IMG/VR virus record: IMGVR_UViG_3300023243_000074
DNA length: 20,000 nucleotides
Reading direction: 5' to 3' (one strand)
DNA from: an uncultured virus (IMG/VR IMGVR_UViG_3300023243_000074)
Lineage: Duplodnaviria > Heunggongvirae > Uroviricota > Caudoviricetes
This document shows, piece after piece, positions 7,109-15,200 of the stretch. The stretch's first letter is position 1. Each line of letters starts with the position of its first letter. The notes under the pieces are model-generated. The model was given only the letters and a program-made list of their open reading frames with translations, did not search any database and was not told where the DNA came from. Position numbers and translations under genes: made by a program.

Positions 7109-7798
7109 ATGACAAAATATGAATACTATTACAACAACGTCCCGGAAAAAGGATTGTGTCGCAACAACCTTATTTATACTAGCCTAATTAGTACGGACAG
7201 TAAGACATTCTGTCAGTGGTACTACAATGATGAAGGGTATCATGGCGGACATAATCAAGTTGTAGATCCCACACTCATGGAAGAGAAGTTCAATAGAGAA
7301 GTTAAGTTCTTAACTCTGATGGGAAATAACTTCAAACATCTTGTACCAGAATACGACATAGATCTAAAGAATCATAAAATCTATTTAACCATTGATGGGC
7401 CCGATATGTGGGAGATGTCTGGATGTAGAGGTAGAGAATATTCTAAATCTGTGGTAGACTGGGATACCCAGATGCTGGAAATAATACAGGCACATAAAGA
7501 ACTAGGTTTAACAAAATATAGTCTACACCCCTCAAGTTATTTTGTGGTTTCCGGTGAGTTAAAGAGTATGAATTATTTTTTTACATATGATACTGAAGAT
7601 GTTAAGATGACTGTGCGAAGTGTACTAAGCCATATTAGCGAAGATAGGCGCAAAGAATTATTCCCTAAAATGGATGCTATGGGTATCGATATCGACTTAC
7701 CCGTGGAGCATAAAGATTTACAATTACTTGCGTTTGACAGTTTTAAAAACAACTTTGAAGAAGAAGTGATGGAAATGGCTAAACGAATATATGTATGA
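7109..7798 (+). CDS. Divergent protein-kinase-like fold protein, paralogue of 4679..5227
   Basis: FNREVKFL, VPE, DWDTQMLEII, TKYSLHPSSYFV and SMNYF align by eye with the corresponding blocks of 4679..5227. Confidence 0.5.
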   Translation: MTKYEYYYNNVPEKGLCRNNLIYTSLISTDSKTFCQWYYNDEGYHGGHNQVVDPTLMEEKFNREVKFLTLMGNNFKHLVPEYDIDLKNHKIYLTIDGPDMWEMSGCRGREYSKSVVDWDTQMLEIIQAHKELGLTKYSLHPSSYFVVSGELKSMNYFFTYDTEDVKMTVRSVLSHISEDRRKELFPKMDAMGIDIDLPVEHKDLQLLAFDSFKNNFEEEVMEMAKRIYV

Positions 7799-8351
7799 TC
7801 TAGTTGAATGGAATGAAAAATTAGACTTAACAGAATTCTATGAAGAATCAAGACTCAGAGGACACGTTAATAACTCTAGTCAAAAAGTCATGATCGATTG
7901 CTTTCACAATGAAGAGCTCTCCCAAGTATGGATACTATACAAAGACAATAATGCAATTGGAAGTGTCGCAGCGCACACGTTTCCTGAAATGGGTCCTAAC
8001 GCTTATAGAATACTTACTAGGACATGTGTGTTAGAAGGAGTGATTCTAAATAATGGAAAGGGTCTAGGAACAGGTCGTTGGTACATTATACAACATCAAA
8101 ATATGACATGTCAGTTCTATATCCCTAAAATGATCGAATGGTGTGGTATGGATTCGAATATGTATGCTACAAGTAATCAATTAGATGGGGGAAGTCAACG
8201 GAAGGTGCATAACATATACTTTCCTTTACTAGAACAACAAGGAGAATTTACACGAGTAACAGAACTAAATTATAGAGGCGCTGAACAAACTGTATGGAAA
8301 TTAAACCCAGTAGTGTTCTTAGAAAACCTATCAAAATATCCTAAGTGGTAA
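7791..8351 (+). CDS. GNAT-like acyltransferase-fold protein
   Basis: VWILYKDNNAIGSVAA beta-hairpin, followed by RTCVL and NGKGLGT (resembles motif A, R/QxxGxG). Confidence 0.5.
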   Translation: MYDLVEWNEKLDLTEFYEESRLRGHVNNSSQKVMIDCFHNEELSQVWILYKDNNAIGSVAAHTFPEMGPNAYRILTRTCVLEGVILNNGKGLGTGRWYIIQHQNMTCQFYIPKMIEWCGMDSNMYATSNQLDGGSQRKVHNIYFPLLEQQGEFTRVTELNYRGAEQTVWKLNPVVFLENLSKYPKW

Positions 8352-9408
8352 TTCTCTTATACTTGTTATTGTCTTGAAACATCATCGTACTACATTGTCT
8401 TGCGCAAGTCATACATTTATCCTCACCATACCAGTATTCGGACAATTGCTTAAACAAAATATCATCTTCCCATAACACTTTATCTCGACAGTTAACCACA
8501 CCAATTACTTTTAACGCTTCTTTAGTGTTATGTACACTTAGGTTCCTCAACTTGTGTATAGGCAGAGTTTCTAAAATTGGTTCTTCTAAGTAATCACCCC
8601 CGATCCAACAACATGGGAATATATCACCATGAGGATCGACATATATACCCTTCTCGCTCATACACTTGGGTGATATATCGACTTCCTCTATAACAGCATC
8701 CCTAAAATCTTTATCAAGTAATTGTTCTAGAGAGTTATTAGGAATCTGTTTAAACCTATCTGACTGAGCAGGTTTTATAGTGTACTCGACATTTCCACTA
8801 TTATCGAGTACTTCATACTCTTTCATTTCATAGAACCTTGTGGTACTAACAAAGTTCACAGATTTTACTCCTAGAGAAAGTATGTACCTTTCCAACTCGT
8901 CGACATCATTTTCATTATGAGCAAATACCAAACTATCAACTCTTGCCTTGCCTCCAGCTTTAACAAACGCAGTTAAGTTTTCTATAACCTTTTCATATTT
9001 CACGTTCTTGCGATATAGTTCGTGAGTACCCTTAACTCCGTCTACCGCAAATATAACCTCAACATTATACTTTGCCAACTTACGCCACCAATCTGGATTG
9101 CGCATACCTCCATTGGTATGGATAGCGAGTTTAGTTCTAGGATTACATTCGCGGACATATGCATATATCTCTAGACAATCCCTTGCGAAAGCAGGGTCTC
9201 CATAATTTCCACAACTGTAAAAGTTATTCAACTGTGCTAAGAACTCCCTAGGGAACCACTCTTTGAACTGTTCTATACTAATATCTGAGTTACGGATGAA
9301 AGAGCGTGTTGGACCCCCGTGATAATTCCTAGCACACATCGGGCACTGTGCTTGGCATTTATCGGTTAGTTCTATATGAACTGTTCGGATATCAGATATT
9401 CTTTGCAT
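8341..9408 (-). CDS. Radical SAM enzyme with SPASM/Twitch domain
   Basis: CQAQCPMC (CxxxCxxC), GNYGDP, HTNG, FAVDG; C-terminal C..IYVDPHGDIFPCC...CMTCARQC. Confidence 0.93.
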   Translation of the reverse strand: MQRISDIRTVHIELTDKCQAQCPMCARNYHGGPTRSFIRNSDISIEQFKEWFPREFLAQLNNFYSCGNYGDPAFARDCLEIYAYVRECNPRTKLAIHTNGGMRNPDWWRKLAKYNVEVIFAVDGVKGTHELYRKNVKYEKVIENLTAFVKAGGKARVDSLVFAHNENDVDELERYILSLGVKSVNFVSTTRFYEMKEYEVLDNSGNVEYTIKPAQSDRFKQIPNNSLEQLLDKDFRDAVIEEVDISPKCMSEKGIYVDPHGDIFPCCWIGGDYLEEPILETLPIHKLRNLSVHNTKEALKVIGVVNCRDKVLWEDDILFKQLSEYWYGEDKCMTCARQCSTMMFQDNNKYKRITT

Positions 9409-9446
9409 GATGGTTTTTATTTGTGCCTAAACGGGTCTTGAGTCTA

Positions 9447-9749
9447 TCATGCAATAAGCATCCTTGTCAACCCAACTGCATCGATTGTCACTAAGAGAAT
9501 GTAGTTGGCAAGCATACCAAAAGATCTCCGAGTGAAAGCAGCCCAAGCGTAAAGAGCGCAGCCAGTAATCCAAATAGGATACAAGACAATAAGAGGCGGG
9601 TCGGGGACTGTTGCTGCCATTGTGATCGCACATCCAATACTAATACCCCAAGCTAACAACTCAACGCAAAAGCGAAAAGAGTTAGATTTAAAATCTTCTT
9701 TAATCCAACTTAGAGTTTGAATTAGAAAGTTCGCTTCGTTCATCTTCAT
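9447..9749 (-). CDS. Small multi-pass membrane protein
   Basis: Three hydrophobic segments; exact start uncertain because of overlap with the upstream ORF. Confidence 0.7.
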   Translation of the reverse strand: MKMNEANFLIQTLSWIKEDFKSNSFRFCVELLAWGISIGCAITMAATVPDPPLIVLYPIWITGCALYAWAAFTRRSFGMLANYILLVTIDAVGLTRMLIA

Positions 9750-9891
9750 CCTTAAATATTAATTTAGCACCACCAATTGTTCCGGGCATAGGTACAGACT
9801 TCTTACCAAATATAGCATCCCAATTACTGGAGAAAGTATCTGCGTCAACACTTTTGGGTCTTGGAGCAGACCCCTTTCCACCATCACTCAT
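9700..9891 (-). CDS. Small phage protein (GGKGSAPRP...NWDAIF motif)
   Basis: Starts 1 nt after the phosphoesterase stop; GAGGT SD. Confidence 0.7.
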   Translation of the reverse strand: MSDGGKGSAPRPKSVDADTFSSNWDAIFGKKSVPMPGTIGGAKLIFKDEDERSELSNSNSKLD

Positions 9892-9892
9892 A

Positions 9893-10756
9893 TTATACCT
9901 CTACAAACTTTAATTTAAATTCTTCTGCTCGCATCTCATATCCAATGTAACCACGCGGATTACACACAATACGAGTATCACCTAACATATAGTCAAACGG
10001 TTCATGCGTATGCCCATGTGTCCACAGTTTGATCTGAGGACGATCCATAATAAACTCACTCAAGTCAGAACTGTATGCACCATTCATAATCCGTTCATCT
10101 TTGTATCGTGGATGCGTTGATAACTTACTTGGGGCATGGTGACCACAGACAACAAACTTCTGATCAAACTTGCCCTCAACCATAATGCGGATATACTCCA
10201 ACATTTTCTTATGGTCTTCAACGGAATCTTCTGGACTGAATCTTGCAGCACGAACCTGTTGATTACCTTCTTCATCACGAAACAGCACGTCTCTATTGCT
10301 ATTAACAACTCCACTATAGTCGTTCATCATTCCGGACATTGCGTGCAACGTTATTGGATCTTCCTTATTCATATCAGTCCACAATGTGCCGCCGATGAAT
10401 GTGACATCATCGATTTTAACGATTTCTTTATCAAGGAAATGCACATTATCAAACTGCTCAATGAAGTCACGGATGACGGACGCAGACTTTGCAAAGTCGC
10501 CATGATAGTGCTCATGATTGCCCATAAGCATAATAGTATGCTTAAAGTTTTTGGAACACGAGTGGATTAGTTTTTCAAGCCGAGCAGAGTGCTCCATAAC
10601 CTTTGCTGGCGCTGTACCGTAACTATAGTCGATCTTGTTTAGATCTGCCGCCACACAGATATCGCCTGATAGAACGATTACATCAGCACCTTCTGTATTT
10701 TCAAATTCAATCGGGCCAAACTCTAGGTGTAGGTCGCTGCATACTGCTGTTTTCAT
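9893..10756 (-). CDS. Calcineurin-like metallophosphoesterase
   Basis: SDLHLE, GDI, GNHEHY, HHAP and HGHTH motifs; GGAG SD. Confidence 0.95.
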   Translation of the reverse strand: MKTAVCSDLHLEFGPIEFENTEGADVIVLSGDICVAADLNKIDYSYGTAPAKVMEHSARLEKLIHSCSKNFKHTIMLMGNHEHYHGDFAKSASVIRDFIEQFDNVHFLDKEIVKIDDVTFIGGTLWTDMNKEDPITLHAMSGMMNDYSGVVNSNRDVLFRDEEGNQQVRAARFSPEDSVEDHKKMLEYIRIMVEGKFDQKFVVCGHHAPSKLSTHPRYKDERIMNGAYSSDLSEFIMDRPQIKLWTHGHTHEPFDYMLGDTRIVCNPRGYIGYEMRAEEFKLKFVEV

Positions 10757-10779
10757 AATATTCTCCGTTCAATACTCAT

Positions 10780-10808
10780 ATTATACCATATAACGGGTTT
10801 AATTGCAA
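10780..10808 (-). promoter_or_regulatory. Sigma70-like early promoter TTGCAA-N17-TATAAT
   Basis: Minus strand reads ttgcaa ttaaacccgttatatgg tataat, 23 nt upstream of ATG 10756. Confidence 0.75.
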
Positions 10809-10840
10809 TAGACCCGATCCGATTGTGGTGATCATTTTTA

Positions 10841-10848
10841 TATAAATA
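10841..10848 (+). promoter_or_regulatory. T4-type late promoter TATAAATA
   Basis: Exact consensus at the head of the plus-strand operon. Confidence 0.75.
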
Positions 10849-10892
10849 AAAGGTAATAATAATATCTTGGAGATAAATCCCTGGATATATTA

Positions 10893-11273
10893 ATGTACAA
10901 TAAATTAGCTATCGTTGCTAGTTTTATTATGTATATATCCTTTTCGATCGCACTTCGATCGCCACTGACTCGACTTCCAACAGCAACTTTACATCAGAAC
11001 GGATGCGATAACGTACTAGCAGCGCCATTTTCAGTAATAACAAGTGCTCCAGAAATCATACAGGATGTATCATCAAATGACACAACAGAAGAATCAATAT
11101 CAGACGCCAGTAGTGCTGTGGGCGAGTCATTGGATACAAAAGGGAACACAGACAGTGCAGGATCAAAAGGGGAATTCGATTACGCTTCCGGTGATGATTC
11201 TGCAGGGGATAGGGAATCCGGAACATCCGATAGCAAGGATGCTGATAAAGCAGAATCCAATCGAAACAATTAG
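10893..11273 (+). CDS. Hypothetical protein with N-terminal signal/TM segment and acidic Ser/Asp-rich disordered tail
   Basis: Longest ORF after the late promoter; ends just before the GGAG SD of the next gene. Confidence 0.5.
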   Translation: MYNKLAIVASFIMYISFSIALRSPLTRLPTATLHQNGCDNVLAAPFSVITSAPEIIQDVSSNDTTEESISDASSAVGESLDTKGNTDSAGSKGEFDYASGDDSAGDRESGTSDSKDADKAESNRNN

Positions 11274-11285
11274 TGGAGAGCCAAT

Positions 11286-11729
11286 ATGATCGCTGAACTT
11301 GCTGCTGCCAATGCAGCATTCGATGTAATTAAACAAACCTTGCAGAATGGTAAAGAGATCTACGAAGCAGGTGAAGCAATGGCACAGTATTTTGGTTTAA
11401 AAGCTGAAATACAAAAGCGAGCACACCAGCATGGATACAAAAGTGACATTGCAGCATTTATGGCAGCGGAACAACTTGCGGCAAAGGAAGTTGAATTAAA
11501 AGAAATGATGATCTACCAAGGTCGTGGTGGTATGTGGGATGACTGGTTAGCATTTCAATCAGAAATGAAACGCAGTCGCGAAGCAGAAGAATTGGCAGAA
11601 CGAAGAGCAAAGTATGCAAGGAAAAAAATAATTGTTAAGATATTTATGGGCGCTTTCTATACCGTTGTTGGATCTTTGTTAATAGCGAGTGCTATTTTTA
11701 TTACGATAGCAATTGTAAAATATAATTAA
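11286..11729 (+). CDS. Phage hypothetical helical protein with C-terminal transmembrane anchor
   Basis: GGAG SD; coiled-coil, then a basic stretch, then a hydrophobic C-terminus. Confidence 0.8.
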   Translation: MIAELAAANAAFDVIKQTLQNGKEIYEAGEAMAQYFGLKAEIQKRAHQHGYKSDIAAFMAAEQLAAKEVELKEMMIYQGRGGMWDDWLAFQSEMKRSREAEELAERRAKYARKKIIVKIFMGAFYTVVGSLLIASAIFITIAIVKYN

Positions 11730-11741
11730 GGAAAAAATAAA

Positions 11742-12086
11742 ATGACAGATAAACAACTAACAATAGAATCTGGATCTGGTCTAGAAGGAGCAGATACTAA
11801 TGGGGATGGACACATTTCTAAAGCTGAACTGGACTTGCATATAGAATTCAAGCGCAAAGAACTAGAAGATGCAGATGCTCAACGCGATGCTATGCGTAAA
11901 ATGGCATGGTTTGCGCTGTTTGGTATGTTACTATATCCAATAACAATTATGATTACTTCATGGTTAGGGTTAGATAAAGCAGCAGGAATTATAGGTGATA
12001 TTGCACCTACATATTTTGTTGCTATTGCAGGATTAGTTGCGACATTCTTTGCTGCTAATGCTTACACTAACAAGAAAAAAGAATAG
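11742..12086 (+). CDS. Two-TM membrane protein with N-terminal EF-hand loop (holin-like topology)
   Basis: DTNGDGHISKAE loop, two hydrophobic helices, basic C-terminus (KKKE); AAGGA SD. Confidence 0.8.
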   Translation: MTDKQLTIESGSGLEGADTNGDGHISKAELDLHIEFKRKELEDADAQRDAMRKMAWFALFGMLLYPITIMITSWLGLDKAAGIIGDIAPTYFVAIAGLVATFFAANAYTNKKKE

Positions 12087-12171
12087 TTATATTCGACAGA
12101 ATTATACTTGCAGGCTGAGTAAAATCTTCAAATAGATTCGGAAACCGTTTGCGAACTGAGTCATGAATCTT

Positions 12172-12179
12172 TATAAATA
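12172..12179 (+). promoter_or_regulatory. T4-type late promoter TATAAATA
   Basis: Exact consensus 39 nt upstream of the tail fibre ATG; GGAG SD follows. Confidence 0.8.
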
Positions 12180-12218
12180 CATAAAAGACATGTCTAAAGA
12201 CAAATTGGAGCATAATAT

Positions 12219-15200
12219 ATGGCAATAACAAGAATTCAGTTCAGAAGAGATACCGCTGCTAACTGGACATCGGCAAACCCAGTACTAGGTAATGGTGAAC
12301 TGGGATTAGAGACTGATACTAGAAAAACTAAAATTGGTAATGGTATTACCACATGGAATTCTTTGATATATTGGGATACAATCGTAGCCAATGGTGTTAT
12401 CGCAGGATTATCAGATTCTGCAGTCAGCGGACTATATTCAGATCTATCAGGTACTCCTACTGTTCTTAGTGATTTTACTAATGATGTTGGATATATAACT
12501 AGTGCGGCAATCCCTACCGACATTAGTGATCTAACTGATAATCAAGGTATAATTGCATCATTCGTATTCGATGGATCATACGAAAGTTTGTCAAATCTTC
12601 CTACGCTGTTCTCAGGGTCGTATGATGATCTGACCGATAAACCAGATTTCTTATTTGGTGGTTCATATAATAGTCTAACTGACTTACCCACTCTATTCTC
12701 TGGAAACTATAATGATTTAACAAATCCTCCTAATTTGTCTGGTTATTTGGTTGCCAATGACCTTGTCTCATACGCACTAAATTCTACTCTCAGTACATAT
12801 GTTCAACAAATTGCGCTTACTAATACTCTGTTAGGGTATGTCACTTCTAATGCACTAACTTCTACATTATCTTCATATGAGACAACTGCGTCACTAGCAA
12901 CTACATTGAGTGATTATGTACAAACCACTGACATTGCTGATCATGTGACCACGACTTCTATACTTGCGTATAATTATGCTACCGAAGGATATGTTAACAG
13001 TTCACTAGCAACATTAGTAAATTCTGCACCTGGCGCACTGGATACATTAAATGAACTTGCAGCGGCACTTAATGATGATCCCAACTTTGCAACTACTATA
13101 ACAAACTCCATTGCAAATAAAGTATCGTTAGTCGACCTGAATTCTGTTGCATTGTCTGGTTCTTATGATGATCTTACTGGTAGGCCATACATATACACTA
13201 GTTCAGACTTTGATACAGATCTGTCTAATAAATCAACATCTGACCTTTCTGAAGGTTCTAATCTATACTTCACCGATGCTAGAGTACACACTGTATTAGG
13301 TAATGTTTCTGCGAGTATAGTTCCTACAACTGATATCACATACGACTTAGGATCTACAACTAAAAGATTCCGTGATCTATATCTAAGTGGTAACTCTATA
13401 TTCTTAGGTGATGGGCCCATCGATGGGCTGGTATTATCAAATGTAGGAGGTGTATTCACAGTTGCTGACGAGAGTGGTAATCCTGCAAGTTTGAGTCTAT
13501 CAGGCAATTCAACTACAGATCTTTCAGAAGGTACTCATCTTTACTATACCGTTGATCGTGATAACGATGCGTTTGATATTCGAATTGCTACCAAGTCTAC
13601 AGATGACTTAACGGAAGGTTCTAACTTATATTACACAGAAACTCGTGGCGAGGCGATGTTTGATGCTAAACTTGCAGCTAGTTCTACAGATAACCTCACA
13701 GAAGGTTCTAAACTATACTATACAGAAACTAGAGTAAATACAAACTTCGCTCTTAAGACAACAAGTAATTTATCTGAAGGTTCTAACTTATATTACACAG
13801 AAACTCGTGGCGAGGCGATGTTTGATGCTAAACTTGCAGCTAGTTCTACAACTGACTTAACGGAAGGTTCTAATCTATACTACACAGAAACTAGAGTAAA
13901 TACAAACTTCGCTCTTAAGACAACAAGTAATTTATCTGAAGGTTCTAATCTTTACTACACATCGGCAAGAGCAAATAATGACTTCGACCTTAGTTTGTTG
14001 GGTAAGACAACAGATAACCTCACAGAAGGTTCTAAACTATACTATACAGAAACTAGAGTAAATACAAACTTCGCTCTTAAGACAACAGATAACCTCACAG
14101 AAGGTTCTAATCTTTACTATACAGAAGCACGCGGCGAAGCGATGTTTGATGCTAAACTTGCAGCCAGTTATACAGATAACCTCACAGAAGGTTCTAATCT
14201 ATATTTCACAACTGGTCGTGTTAATAATCAGATCGATGCATATGTATCTGGTGGTACTGGTGTAAGTGTAACATCTGGTGAGATATCGATTGGGCAAGAT
14301 GTTTCTACTACTTCTAATGTAAATTTTAATAACATCGCTGCTGCTGGTAACGTTATTATCGAGGGTAACTTAACAGTATCTGGAACAACCATCACACTTG
14401 ATGCGCAGAATCTATCTATAACGGATTCTATGATCTATTTGAACAATGGGTCTACAGTCGCTAACCCAGATTTGGGTATCGCAGGTAACTACAATGATGG
14501 TACATATGCACACACTGGAGTATTCAGAGATGCGACAGATGGTACATGGAAATTCTATCAAGGGTATCTGCCAGAACCAGATGCATCCTCATTTATCGAT
14601 ACCACACATGCATCATTCACATATGCTCCAGTAAGAGCGTCATTATTTACTGGCAATCTAACAGGAGACGTAGTAGGCGATGTAACTGGCGATGTAACAG
14701 GTCAAGTATCATCTATATCAAATCATACGACTAGTAATCTAATAGAAGGTTCTAAGTTATATTATACAGATAGTAGAGTTGGAATATACCTAGCGAATAA
14801 CTCGTACACAACTCAATCTAATGTAACTGATTCGATCGCCGCTGCAGCCACCAACTATGCAACTTCTGGGCAAGGCACAAGAGCAGACACTGCTCTACAA
14901 TCTGCAGACGTGGCAGATGTTGCTACTAGTGGATTATACAACGACCTAGCAGGAAAACCAGTATTGGCAGTTGTTGCTACTAGTGGATTATACTCTAGTC
15001 TAATAGGAATTCCAAATTTTGCTAACGTTGCTACCACTGCCGCATACTCTGACTTATCTGGAACACCCGCCCTTGCCGCCGTTGCAATAACAGGGTTATA
15101 TAATAGTTTATCTGGTAGACCTAGCCTTGCATCCGTTGCAACAAGTGGTTCGTATACTGATCTAATTAATCCTCCTTTGTTACAACCCGTTGCAACTACA

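Noticed and set aside
11044..11289. Overlapping +1-frame ORF (81 aa) as an embedded o-spanin or alternative gene
   Set aside because: No lipobox or signal peptide and no ATG/SD support. Its stop does overlap the next ATG, so it is not fully excluded.
12134..12170. AGATTC...GAATCT inverted repeat with small internal hairpins before the late promoter
   Set aside because: Short, weak stems and no clear U-tract; insufficient to call a terminator or RNA.
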